From the NCBI GenBank assembly GCA_965199495.1, contig CBDASK010000003.1, positions 3,936,001 through 4,000,000 on the forward strand: DNA of 64,000 nucleotides, written 5' to 3'. Position 1 is the first letter of the stretch. The number at the start of each line of letters is the position of its first letter. The stretch is from Abditibacterium sp. (GTDB lineage Bacteria; Armatimonadota; Abditibacteriia; Abditibacteriales; Abditibacteriaceae). Made by a program: the position numbers and the translations under genes. A model generated the notes under the pieces. It did no database searches, was not told where the DNA came from, and saw nothing but the letters and a program-made list of their open reading frames with translations. This document shows, in pieces, positions 8,586-18,019 of this stretch.

Positions 8586-9899
8586 ATGACGAGGTTTTCC
8601 CGCTTGACGCCCCGAATTTCTTATCTGACGATTTTTCTGCTTTTATTGGTCACTTTGTGCGCGCCGCGCGTTCAAGCGCAACCCGCGCCCACCGCCAACG
8701 CGCCAATTTTGGCGGGCAGCAGCGATAGCGGCGAGTTAGAACAACGTCTGCTGTTTCGCGCGCGCAAAGCCCTGCGCGAAAGCGGCGACGCCAACGCCGA
8801 TAATCTGGGCGCGCCCAACGCCTACAACTGGATTATCTTGATGCAGGTGGCGCGCTACTCCGATTCCAACGTGCGCCTGACCAACATGAATCGCGGCGTG
8901 CAGCGCTTTCTCGAAGCGCTCGTGCAATCGCGTCAGGCGCAAACCGGCGGGCAAGTCAAAGATACCGTCAGCATTTTGCCCCACCATTTTTCGCTGTTGG
9001 GCGACCGTCAAGTTACGCCGCTCGCGTCTTATTTGAGCGATGTTTCCACTCTCAAACGCCGCGTGCCCGATTCGCCGCAAAACGATAATTATCAAGGCCA
9101 AAGCTGGCGCGACGGCCACGATTGGCGTAATGCCATGCAGCAAACTTTGGAATGGATGCCAACGGTGGATTTGGAGCCGCGCCACACGGTCGTCATCGTG
9201 CTGGATTGGAACGGTCTGGCGCAAGCGCCGATAACCCTCGCCAACGGCACCAAACCGGCGCAACCCGCGACCGATGCCGATTTGGTGCTACCGAGTAACG
9301 CCAAATTGTATCAGGCGTTTTCCGACGCGATGATCCAATCGGGTTTCGACCCGAAGAAGAATTTGGAAAACGTGCAGGTCGGCACGCTCGAATACAATTT
9401 GGCCGTGTTCGCGCCCAAAGATTTGGAGCCGCTGAACAACGCCGCCAAAGCGCCCGCGACAACAGCAGCCACGCCGACGCCCAAGCCCGCGAGTGGCGGC
9501 AGCGGCGGTTGGATTTTGCTGCCAATTTTGGCGGGATTGGGCGCCGTCGCGTTTTTCCTGATGCGTCCGGTCACTTTCCGTCTGGACGAATCTGAGACGC
9601 GTTCGGTGAGCGCATTGCCCGCCAAAACGCTGCCGATTCTGGGCGCGCGCACCGACGCCAAAGGCGCGCACTTTCGCGTGCCCAATGCCAACATTGATAC
9701 CGACCGGCCACTCGCGGTTTTCTCGACCGATTTCTCAAAGAAACTCAGTGTGCAAAACGGCGCGCTGAACGCGCGTAGCGTCGAGGGTTTCGACCCAACG
9801 CCCAACGGTTTGAAACTGCGCGGGCAAAAGGGCGAACTGGAATTAGTGGATTCCGCCACTAACCGCGTGGTAGGCACAATCAGCGTGCGCAAATTGTAG
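8586..9899 (+). CDS. Exported, membrane-anchored protein with degenerate vWA-like domain and beta-rich cytoplasmic tail
   Basis: Signal peptide (VQA|Q); WIILMQVARYS / DTVSILP / GHDWRNAMQQTL / VVIVLD follow vWA element order; P/A/T linker; TM WILLPILAGLGAVAFFLM. Confidence 0.6.
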   Translation: MTRFSRLTPRISYLTIFLLLLVTLCAPRVQAQPAPTANAPILAGSSDSGELEQRLLFRARKALRESGDANADNLGAPNAYNWIILMQVARYSDSNVRLTNMNRGVQRFLEALVQSRQAQTGGQVKDTVSILPHHFSLLGDRQVTPLASYLSDVSTLKRRVPDSPQNDNYQGQSWRDGHDWRNAMQQTLEWMPTVDLEPRHTVVIVLDWNGLAQAPITLANGTKPAQPATDADLVLPSNAKLYQAFSDAMIQSGFDPKKNLENVQVGTLEYNLAVFAPKDLEPLNNAAKAPATTAATPTPKPASGGSGGWILLPILAGLGAVAFFLMRPVTFRLDESETRSVSALPAKTLPILGARTDAKGAHFRVPNANIDTDRPLAVFSTDFSKKLSVQNGALNARSVEGFDPTPNGLKLRGQKGELELVDSATNRVVGTISVRKL

Positions 9900-9919
9900 T
9901 TCGTATTTTTCTCACGATT

Positions 9920-10426
9920 ATGTTTCTCCAACTTTCTCTGCGCCGCGCGCCGATTCTCGTCTGGCTTTTGACCTGCGTTTTGTCGCTTACGCTCACGTTT
10001 TGCGCGTTCGCGCAAGATGATGTCGCTCCGACTCCGACGATGACGCCCAATAACACGACGACCACAATTACCATTTCGCAAAGCGCGCCGCGCGTGGGCA
10101 CGCCTTCGTTTTTGGGCGCCGTTGATACCACTCTCCAAACGTGGAGTCGTTATTTTCGCGGTTACAGCCTTTATCTTCTCATCGCGATTGCCCTCGCGGC
10201 GGCGTATTTGACGGGGTTAATCATCTATCAAATTGCGTTTGGTCTGGGCAGTTTCGCGCCTAAAGCCGGATTGATTTCGGCGTGGTTTAGCGCGATCATT
10301 CTGCTATTTTTTGGGCTGATGATGTTGCCGCAAGGCTGGCCGTGGTGGTCGCCTTACGCGCTGATTTTCTTCGGGCTGGCGGCGACGGCGCTGGTTCTTT
10401 CTTCGTTTAGCAAAAAGGCGGTTTAG
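9920..10426 (+). CDS. Small membrane protein (signal peptide, Thr-rich segment, 3 TM helices)
   Basis: AFA|Q signal cleavage, PTPTMTPNNTTTT, three hydrophobic segments; co-oriented within the operon. Confidence 0.7.
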   Translation: MFLQLSLRRAPILVWLLTCVLSLTLTFCAFAQDDVAPTPTMTPNNTTTTITISQSAPRVGTPSFLGAVDTTLQTWSRYFRGYSLYLLIAIALAAAYLTGLIIYQIAFGLGSFAPKAGLISAWFSAIILLFFGLMMLPQGWPWWSPYALIFFGLAATALVLSSFSKKAV

Positions 10427-10471
10427 ATTTGGATGCGATTTTATACCGCATTCTCAATTACCCAAAATCTC

Positions 10472-13400
10472 ATGGCACAACGCGCACTTATCATCGGTTT
10501 AGGCTCCACGGGCTACGACGTTTGCAATTACATCGCTCAACGCATTCAGTGGGAGCAGGGCGGCATGGAGCGCGTGCCGTGGCTCAAATTTCTCATCCTC
10601 GAAACCGAGCCGCCCGCTGGCATCGGCGAACTCGAACGCAACTACATTCACCTCACCATCGGCGGGCAAGGTTACGAAGGTCTCATCAATAATCCGGGGC
10701 GCTACAAAAGCCAGCTCGACTTGGAAAGTTGGTGGGACAAAGATGCGCTGTTGCAACTCGGCGATAAAGCCTTGACCAAAGGCGCGGGCAATATCCGCAT
10801 GGTCGGGCGTTTGGCGTTTCTGTTTCCGAGTCTGAGTTTGCAAATTCGCAACGCCATTCAAACGCGTTTGGATGGGTTGCAATCGCTGACGCCGCAACAG
10901 GCGCAAGCCGCACGTGGGCCGTTGCCCGACGGCTCCAATCCGGCGATTAATCTGGGTGACGAAACCATCGTTTATGTCGTCGGCACTTTGTGTGGCGGCA
11001 CCTGTTCGGGCGCCTTTATTGATCTGGGTTATCTGCTGCATTACGAGTTCGCTTCGACGGGTTACAAAATCCAACGGCGCGGCCTGTTCTCGATTCCCAA
11101 CATGGCCTACGAGGCGCTCTCCAATCAGCGTCGCCGCGCGAATGCTTTTGGCGCACTCAAAGAATTGAATCACTTCATGAGCGGCCACGAATACAGCGTG
11201 CAATATCCGTTTCACGCGGGGCGCCCCGAAAACCCGACGCGCTATTCGCCCTATGATACGACGTATTTGAGCCAGCCATCGGGCGGCGACGAAAACTCGT
11301 TCGAGAAAGTCAAAATCACCACGGCGCAGTTTCTTCATAACGATATTTTTAATTCGGTCGCCGCGCAAATCGGCGCCAAAACCGTGGACAGCGCGGCCTC
11401 AATGTTCGGCGGCGATAAGAACGGTTCGCCGGTCACGTTTTATTCGTTTGGCACCAGCGCCGTCGAAATTCCTGGTTATCTCATCGCTCAGGGTTGCTGC
11501 TACAAATTGGGCGTCGAGGCGTTGGACGAATTCGTCGCGCCGCGTCCCAACGCGCTGCAAGAGGCCGACGCGTTTCGCATCAAAACGCTGGGCGTTTCGA
11601 GCGAGATTATCGCTGGAAAATTGCTGCGCGATCCCGACGGCGACCCGACCGGCGAGGCGGGCGTGAACATTCCGTCGCGCTTAAAAGACCAAGTCGCGGG
11701 CGCCGTGGCTGGTGCGGCCAATGCGGGTGCGGGCGCCGCCGACGATTTGGCCGCCGCCGAAGAGCGCGTGGGCGCCGCATTTATGCCGCGCCGCGACGAT
11801 TCGCCCGCCGTCTCGGATAGCGCCGCCACCAACAATTTGCCGCCGCACATCATTCCGCGCCGTATCGAAGCCAACTCGCAGATTTTGCGCGGCAGCTATC
11901 AACGAGACTTGGATAGAGAAATCCAAATCGCTTTGCGCGATCCGGCGCGCGGGCCGGTCTGGTGCGAAACCGTTTTGGACGAAACCCAGAAGTATCTGGA
12001 AAACCGGCTCCAAGAATTGGGTTCTGGCACGCACGCCGACGATTTGGAAAAGGCCAACAAAAACACGAAGAACGCGTTAAACGCCGCGCGTTCGCGCGTC
12101 GAGGCGTGCGCGACCGATCCGTTTGTCGCGCTTTATTTCGGGCGCAAACGCGCCATCGAACGCGAATTGATGGCCTACGCCGAAGCGGCGAATTCGGCTT
12201 ATCGGCGCCGTTTGGAAGCGATGCTTTTGGCGCCCGAAAAAATGTTGTGCGAGGCGCTGCTGCCGCAAGTGAAAACGATGCGCGCCCAGATCACCGGCGC
12301 CAATGCCAACGATGACACCAGCGTGTTGTCGCAGGCGCGACAGTTGCGCGCGATTCTGGCCGACAAACTCGCCAAAGTCAGCGAAGCCACGCCGGTGATC
12401 AACGGGCGTTCGTTGTTCGAGCCGGGCCGCACCATTGACGGCAAATACGACGCGTTTTGGAGCGGGCGCGGCCCCGACAAACGCCACGAGGCGCGCTTCG
12501 GTTTCGTGAGCAATTGGAAAAAATTGCCGTCCGCCGATGCGACTTCGGGCCAGTTGACGCAACTCGGCTCTTATTTTACCGACGGCACGATGACCGTCGC
12601 GAGCGGCCAGAACCTGACGCGCCAACTGCGCGAAACCGCCGAAACTTTGGCGCGCAGTTATCGCCCGTTGTTTGCGCCATTGCTACGCGAATCCATTCTC
12701 AATCGCCCCGAAATCGGCGATCCGGTTTTGCTGCGCGATGTGCGCGACAAAAGCGCCGTGATGATCGGTTTGAATCGTCACAGCGGTTTGACGCAACTGA
12801 CCGGCAACAACGAAATCGATCTGGTCTTTTTCGAGGGCGCCAAAAACGCGTCGAACCAGCCCGATTCCAAGGCCAACGAATTGTATCAGGCGATGATGGC
12901 GCTCAAAACCAATGGTATCACCATGCGTTTCGAGGAAAGTCCGTCGCCCCAAGAACTGTTGTGCGTGCGCGTTTTGGGCGGGTTTTCGCTCGCGATGATC
13001 AACGGTTTTCAGCCGCCCGAACTGGAAGGCAACAATTTTCGCCAGTCGTTTGAAGTCGAGAATTCCGAGAAATTCAACGTCTATTCGCGCGTCGGCATCA
13101 AGTGGCAACCGTTTGACGGCGACCGCGACCAACGCGTCGAGTGGCGTCAGGGCTTGATTTTGACCGGGCTTTGTTTATCGCGCACCGGCAATATGGCCGA
13201 TTGTCTGGTCTTGCGCACTAATCAGGGTTATATGTATCGTCCGCCGCGTCCGCTTGGGCCGGGCCGCGACAAAGTTTTGCTGCCCTTCGATTTGCGCGAA
13301 GCCGCCAATGCTCTGCGCGAACATCCCGATTTTATGGCCTGTCTCGAAGACGACATCAAGCGTTTGCGCGTCGCCAAATCGGTGGACGAACTGGCGGTTT

Positions 13401-13837
13401 GTCTGGAATGGCTCTATGATAACAGCGAACAATTGGGCCTCAAACGCACCGAAAGCCGCTTTTCGCTGCGCTATGAAGACACCGAAGCCGAGGGCGATAC
13501 CAAATCGCAAATCGCGCAAAGCACAACCGAAAACGCCGCGCTGTTGCCAGTTTCGAGTGCCAAAGCGTTCGATTTAATCAAGAATTACTGGCGCAACGAC
13601 GCCGCGATTATCAATCGATTGGACGCGCGTTACAACCAAAATCATCTGCCCGCCGAGCAGCCAATTATTGCGCCATTCCCCGGCCAGATTCCGACGCCGG
13701 TTGTCGAATCGCCGGTTATTGAAGCTGTCGCATCGAACGTGGCGCCGTTTCCGGGGCAAACTCAAACAATAGCCACGCCGCCTGTGGCTGCTGTGCCACT
13801 CGCGCAAAACGCGCCAGATGATTTGGATTTTACTTAA
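10472..13837 (+). CDS. Tubulin/FtsZ-like GTPase (Tubulin_2/FtsZl1 type) with long helical C-terminal extension
   Basis: ALIIGLGSTG, KGAGNIRMVGRLAF, VYVVGTLCGGTCSGAFID, ANAFGALKEL and PYDTTYL; start MAQRALIIG at 10472. Confidence 0.9.
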   Translation: MAQRALIIGLGSTGYDVCNYIAQRIQWEQGGMERVPWLKFLILETEPPAGIGELERNYIHLTIGGQGYEGLINNPGRYKSQLDLESWWDKDALLQLGDKALTKGAGNIRMVGRLAFLFPSLSLQIRNAIQTRLDGLQSLTPQQAQAARGPLPDGSNPAINLGDETIVYVVGTLCGGTCSGAFIDLGYLLHYEFASTGYKIQRRGLFSIPNMAYEALSNQRRRANAFGALKELNHFMSGHEYSVQYPFHAGRPENPTRYSPYDTTYLSQPSGGDENSFEKVKITTAQFLHNDIFNSVAAQIGAKTVDSAASMFGGDKNGSPVTFYSFGTSAVEIPGYLIAQGCCYKLGVEALDEFVAPRPNALQEADAFRIKTLGVSSEIIAGKLLRDPDGDPTGEAGVNIPSRLKDQVAGAVAGAANAGAGAADDLAAAEERVGAAFMPRRDDSPAVSDSAATNNLPPHIIPRRIEANSQILRGSYQRDLDREIQIALRDPARGPVWCETVLDETQKYLENRLQELGSGTHADDLEKANKNTKNALNAARSRVEACATDPFVALYFGRKRAIERELMAYAEAANSAYRRRLEAMLLAPEKMLCEALLPQVKTMRAQITGANANDDTSVLSQARQLRAILADKLAKVSEATPVINGRSLFEPGRTIDGKYDAFWSGRGPDKRHEARFGFVSNWKKLPSADATSGQLTQLGSYFTDGTMTVASGQNLTRQLRETAETLARSYRPLFAPLLRESILNRPEIGDPVLLRDVRDKSAVMIGLNRHSGLTQLTGNNEIDLVFFEGAKNASNQPDSKANELYQAMMALKTNGITMRFEESPSPQELLCVRVLGGFSLAMINGFQPPELEGNNFRQSFEVENSEKFNVYSRVGIKWQPFDGDRDQRVEWRQGLILTGLCLSRTGNMADCLVLRTNQGYMYRPPRPLGPGRDKVLLPFDLREAANALREHPDFMACLEDDIKRLRVAKSVDELAVCLEWLYDNSEQLGLKRTESRFSLRYEDTEAEGDTKSQIAQSTTENAALLPVSSAKAFDLIKNYWRNDAAIINRLDARYNQNHLPAEQPIIAPFPGQIPTPVVESPVIEAVASNVAPFPGQTQTIATPPVAAVPLAQNAPDDLDFT

Positions 13838-13842
13838 ACGAT

Positions 13843-13986
13843 GTGCGGGATAAAGATTAGCCACAAAGAGCGCAAAGGGTCACAAAGAAGCGGAAAGAAA
13901 TTAATTTGGAAAGACAAAATTATGAAATTTATTTCTGCTACTTTGTGACCCTTTGCGCTCTTTGTGGCTAATCTTTATCCCCGCAC
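13843..13986. repeat. Inverted-repeat element (TAGCCACA.AG type, copy 1) overlapping the pheT stop
   Basis: gtgcgggataaagattagccacaaagagcgcaaagggtcacaaag ... ctttgtgaccctttgcgctctttgtggctaatctttatccccgcac. Confidence 0.9.
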
Positions 13987-15993
13987 TTCCGCGCCCAGCC
14001 GTTTTTCTTCGGCGATAATATTCGCAATCAACTCCTCGATTTCGCTCTCGACCAATGTCCGTTCGGGCGCGCGGAATAGCATCGAAATCGCGACGGATTT
14101 GAAGCCTTCGGGAATGCCGACGCCGTTGTAAACGTCGAAAACGTGAACCTCGCGCAACAGTTCGCCGCCCGCGCGGCGCGCGGCGTCGGTCAAATTGGCG
14201 GCGGGAATATTGGCCGGGACAAGCAAGGCCAAATCGCGTTCGACGCCTGGAAATTTGGAAAACGGCTGATATTTGCGCACCAGTGAAACGTGACGCACGA
14301 GCGCATCGAAATCAATGCGCGCGATATAAACGCAGCCCGGCAAATCCCAATCGGCGGCGATTTGTGGATGAATTTCGCCGATTAATCCCATCTCTTCGCC
14401 GCCAATCGAAATTGAGGCGGCGCGGCCCGGATGCAACGACGGATTTTTGATCGGCGCCAGCATCGGCGAGGGCGCGCCGAACTCGCACAGCACGTTTTCG
14501 ACAATGGCCTTGAGCGCGTAAAAATCCACGGGCTCCTCGATTTTCTGCCAGTTGGCGCGCGCGGGTGCATCGCTTAATGCCATTGCGATGACGCGTTTTT
14601 CTTCGGCCAAACCATTGGCTCCGCCCGCGAAATAGATTTTGCCGATTTCAAACGCCCGCATACGACGGCCTTTGTTGCGTCGCAAAACATCGAGCATCGA
14701 AGGAATCAGCGATGTGCGCAGCATCGTGTAATCTTCCGACAACGGATTGCGCAATTTGACCGCGTTATCCGGCGAAATGCCCGCCATTTCGTGCGATTTT
14801 TCGTTCGATAAAGAATAGGTCGTGATTTCGGTCAGGCCGCAACGCAAGCACGCCGAACGCGCGCGGTCGCGCAATCGCGAAGGTAGCGCCCGCCCGGCGC
14901 CCGCCGTGCCGCCTTGGTGCAGCGTGACCGGCACGCGGTCGTAACCGTAAAGGCGCGCGACTTCTTCGATGAGGTCAATTTCGCGCTCGATGTCGCGGCG
15001 CCATGTCGGGATTTGCGCGGTCAACGTGCCTTCTTCTTGCGTGACTTTGAAACCCAATCGCTCCAAAAATTCGCGCTGTTTTTCGGGCGCGATTTTCAGT
15101 CCCAACACCGCATTCGCGCGCGCCACCCGCATCGAGACAGACGGCTCCAACATCGGCGCCGGATAGCGATCAATCGCGCCCTGCGCGACAACGCCACCCG
15201 CGATTTCGGCCAACAATTGCGCGGCGCGGTCGGCGGCGCGCTTGCAGCCGTTGGGGTCAACGTGCCGCTCGAAACGACGGCTGGCTTCGGTCGCCATGCC
15301 CAGCAAAAACGCGTTGCGCCGCACGCGTTGCGGCGCGAAATAGGCGCTTTCGATTAATACATTTGTCGTTGATTCGGTCACTTCCGAATCGGCGCCGCCC
15401 ATGACGCCCGCCACAGCCACGGCGCCGCCCTTGTCGCAAATCGCCAGCATTTCGGGCGACAGTTCGCGCTCGATTTCATCCAACGTCGTCAATTTCTCGT
15501 TCTCACGCGCGCGCCGCACCGTGATTTGCGCGCCACTAATTTTATCGAAATCGAAGCAGTGCAACGGCTGGCCCAATTCGAGCATCACGTAATTCGATAC
15601 GTCCACCACGTTGTTAATCGGGCGCACGCCGCACTCGCTCAAACGTTTTTGCATCCAATCGGGCGATGGGCCGACTTTCACGCCCTCGACCAAGCGCGCG
15701 ACATAGCGCGCGCAATCGGCGGGGTTTTCGATTTCGACCGTTAAACGCCCTTCGAGCATCGGGCCGGTTTCGCTCAGTTCAATATAAGGCGGGCGCACGC
15801 GAGCGCCCGTCATGGCGCCGATTTCGCGGGCGATGCCTAATGCGCTGAGCCAGTCGCCGCGATTGGAGGTGATTTCGAGTTCCAAATCGTCGCCCTCGCG
15901 CGACTCGACGTTGAGGCCCGCCATTAATAAGGCGTCATCTAAATTTTCGGGCAAAGCGACGTATTCGCCGAGCCAGTGGGTGGAAATTCTCAT
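13975..15993 (-). CDS. pheT: Phenylalanine--tRNA ligase beta subunit (short form)
   Basis: ELEITSNRGDWLS, RPINNVVDVSNY, GQPLHCFD, DLIEEVARLYG, LRTSL and FDX-ACB C-terminus; adjacent to pheS. Confidence 0.97.
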   Translation of the reverse strand: MRISTHWLGEYVALPENLDDALLMAGLNVESREGDDLELEITSNRGDWLSALGIAREIGAMTGARVRPPYIELSETGPMLEGRLTVEIENPADCARYVARLVEGVKVGPSPDWMQKRLSECGVRPINNVVDVSNYVMLELGQPLHCFDFDKISGAQITVRRARENEKLTTLDEIERELSPEMLAICDKGGAVAVAGVMGGADSEVTESTTNVLIESAYFAPQRVRRNAFLLGMATEASRRFERHVDPNGCKRAADRAAQLLAEIAGGVVAQGAIDRYPAPMLEPSVSMRVARANAVLGLKIAPEKQREFLERLGFKVTQEEGTLTAQIPTWRRDIEREIDLIEEVARLYGYDRVPVTLHQGGTAGAGRALPSRLRDRARSACLRCGLTEITTYSLSNEKSHEMAGISPDNAVKLRNPLSEDYTMLRTSLIPSMLDVLRRNKGRRMRAFEIGKIYFAGGANGLAEEKRVIAMALSDAPARANWQKIEEPVDFYALKAIVENVLCEFGAPSPMLAPIKNPSLHPGRAASISIGGEEMGLIGEIHPQIAADWDLPGCVYIARIDFDALVRHVSLVRKYQPFSKFPGVERDLALLVPANIPAANLTDAARRAGGELLREVHVFDVYNGVGIPEGFKSVAISMLFRAPERTLVESEIEELIANIIAEEKRLGAEVRG

Positions 15994-16015
15994 TTGTTGG
16001 GAAAATGGAAGTTAA

Positions 16016-16199
16016 AGGCGGGCGGACTCGCGCCCCCTCTGTCCTTCGGACATCTCCCCCTCCGCAAGGGGGAGAGGCGCTGTCACCTTTGACATCGCCG
16101 CTTTTTGCATGAAATTTCGAGCGAAAGATTGCGCCGCCCTCTCCCCCTTTCGGAGGGGGAGATGTCCGAAGGACAGAGGGGGTGCGAGTCCGCCCGCCT
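16016..16199. repeat. Inverted-repeat element (CCCCCTCTGTCCTTCGGACATCTCCCCC family, copy 1) between pheS and pheT
   Basis: aggcgggcggactcgcgccccctctgtccttcggacatctccccctccgcaagggggagagg is mirrored at ~16138-16199. Confidence 0.95.
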
Positions 16200-16203
16200 C
16201 AAT

Positions 16204-17211
16204 CTAAAATTGTTCCAAAAAGCGCAGATCGTTTTCATAGAACAGGCGCAAATCGTCAATGCCGAACTTGATCATCGCCATGCGCTCGATGCCAAAACCA
16301 AACGCGAATCCAGTATATTTCTCGGCGTCAACGCCGACGTTTTCCAACACTTTTGGGTGAACCATGCCGCATCCGCCCAGCTCCAGCCACTTGCCGTTGA
16401 ACAAAACATCAAACTCGGCGCTTGGCTCGGTGAACGGAAAAAAGTGCGGGCGAAACCGCGTCTGCACGCCGCCACTTCCGGGCGCGGCCTCGAACAATTG
16501 CGTCAAAAACGTCGAAATCGTGCCTTTCAAATCGGCGAAAGTCACGTTTTCGTCCACGCACAAACCTTCGACTTGCTGGAACATCGCGCCGTGCGTGCGG
16601 TCAACCGCCTCGCGCCGATAAACCCGTCCGGGCGCGATGATCTTGAGCGGTGGCTGCTGCGATTCCATCACGCGAATCTGCACCGACGAAGTTTCCGTGC
16701 GCAATACCACATCGTCCGAAACATAAAGCGTATCGCGTTCGTAGCGCGTCGGATGGTCGGGGCCGATGCCCAAAGCATCGAAATTATAATAGACGTTCTC
16801 GACTTCCGGCCCCTCGACCACGCTAAAACCCAGATTGGAATAGATGCGAATAATATCGTCCATCGTCTGAGTAATCGGGTGGCGGCGCCCAAAGTTAATA
16901 TCGGGCGCCGGGAGCGTCACGTCAATAGTTTCGCTTTTCAAACGCGCATCCATTTCGGCGCGTTCGAGTTGCCCGGCGCGCTCGGTTAAAGTGGATTCCA
17001 AGCGGTCGCGCGTCTGATTGACCTGCTGGCCGACGCGTGGCCGCTCATCGGCGGGCAGGGCGCCCATGCCGCGTAGAATTTGGGTCAGCTCGCTCTTTTT
17101 GCCAAAAAACTGTTGGCGCGCCGCTTCGAGTTGCGCCGAATCGCTGGCGCCTTGCAGCGCGGACGAAGCGCGCGTTTCTAAATCGTGCAGTCGGTTTTCC
17201 AAATCGGACAT
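16204..17211 (-). CDS. pheS: Phenylalanine--tRNA ligase alpha subunit
   Basis: GRRHPI, NFDAL, LRTETS, PGRVYR, FQQVEG, FPFTEPS and GFAFGFGIER motifs. Confidence 0.98.
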   Translation of the reverse strand: MSDLENRLHDLETRASSALQGASDSAQLEAARQQFFGKKSELTQILRGMGALPADERPRVGQQVNQTRDRLESTLTERAGQLERAEMDARLKSETIDVTLPAPDINFGRRHPITQTMDDIIRIYSNLGFSVVEGPEVENVYYNFDALGIGPDHPTRYERDTLYVSDDVVLRTETSSVQIRVMESQQPPLKIIAPGRVYRREAVDRTHGAMFQQVEGLCVDENVTFADLKGTISTFLTQLFEAAPGSGGVQTRFRPHFFPFTEPSAEFDVLFNGKWLELGGCGMVHPKVLENVGVDAEKYTGFAFGFGIERMAMIKFGIDDLRLFYENDLRFLEQF

Positions 17212-17332
17212 AAGCGTTATCTTGGGACGCGTCCCAGTTTAACAGCGCCCCGCCCCGTCGCGAAAAATTTCACCTTTGGCTCCCGGATTCAGCCTTACGC
17301 GCCGGTCTCCCGGCGGCTTTACTGTCAATTCC

Positions 17333-17776
17333 ATGAAACACTTTTCGATTCGCCACGGCCTGTGGCTTGCTTTGCTGGGCGCGCCCGCCCTCGTTGCCGG
17401 TTGCGGCGGCGGCAACGGCGCCGTGGCTGTGCCCGCGATCCCGGTTTCCGTCCCGCCGTTCACGCTGCAAAACGGCCAGCGCGCGACCTTAAAATTCAAA
17501 ATTCGCGGCACCGCGCTCGACGGCACCATCGCCATCGCCGACGGTGCGCAGGTCGAACCGAATCCGCTGCGCCGCATCCCGCCGGGCACTTATCCATTTA
17601 ATGGCACCTTCACGCCACCGCGCGGCTACGAAATCGGCGGCACCTTTGGCGCGGTTGGCGATTTTACTGCGCGCGGCGATTTGCCGACGACTTCGCAAAC
17701 CGGCACTTATACCTTCGTTTTTCAAGGCCAAACGTTGAGCGGAACATTGCCAATCATCGCCAATCCCATCGGTTGA
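17333..17776 (+). CDS. Lipoprotein, module A only
   Basis: MKHF...ALVAG-CGGG lipobox; FTLQNGQ module shared with 18020 and 30185. Confidence 0.75.
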   Translation: MKHFSIRHGLWLALLGAPALVAGCGGGNGAVAVPAIPVSVPPFTLQNGQRATLKFKIRGTALDGTIAIADGAQVEPNPLRRIPPGTYPFNGTFTPPRGYEIGGTFGAVGDFTARGDLPTTSQTGTYTFVFQGQTLSGTLPIIANPIG

Positions 17777-17804
17777 AAACAACGCAAAAAAAATTTTTTA
17801 AATT

Positions 17805-17839
17805 AAAAGGCGCTTCTCTCAAAAGAGAAGCGCCTTTTT
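17805..17839 (+). terminator. Rho-independent terminator
   Basis: aaaaggcgcttctc-tcaaaa-gagaagcgccttttt. Confidence 0.8.
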
Positions 17840-18019
17840 GCGTAACTTTAAGGCCGAAATAGAGACAATCAGGCCAACTATTTCTATCGAAATAAATTGA
17901 CAATGTCGTTTTTGTCCGGTGATTTTGTATAAAACCTGTGTTTCATTAAGTTTTCTCTTATAGTAAGATTACTTTTGTCTTTTCGACAAATCGCTTGATA
18001 TTATGACTGAGAGAACATA

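Noticed and set aside
2799..13837. Naming the locus genes dnaK, grpE and ftsZ
   Set aside because: Domain architectures, divergence and context differ from the housekeeping genes (no dnaJ/hrcA or dcw neighbours)
17840..18019. Sigma70 promoter and TGTC/GACA operator upstream of the lipoprotein cluster
   Set aside because: The region is AT-rich, but the TTGACA to TATAAA spacing is about 25 bp and the dyads are too short to support a call
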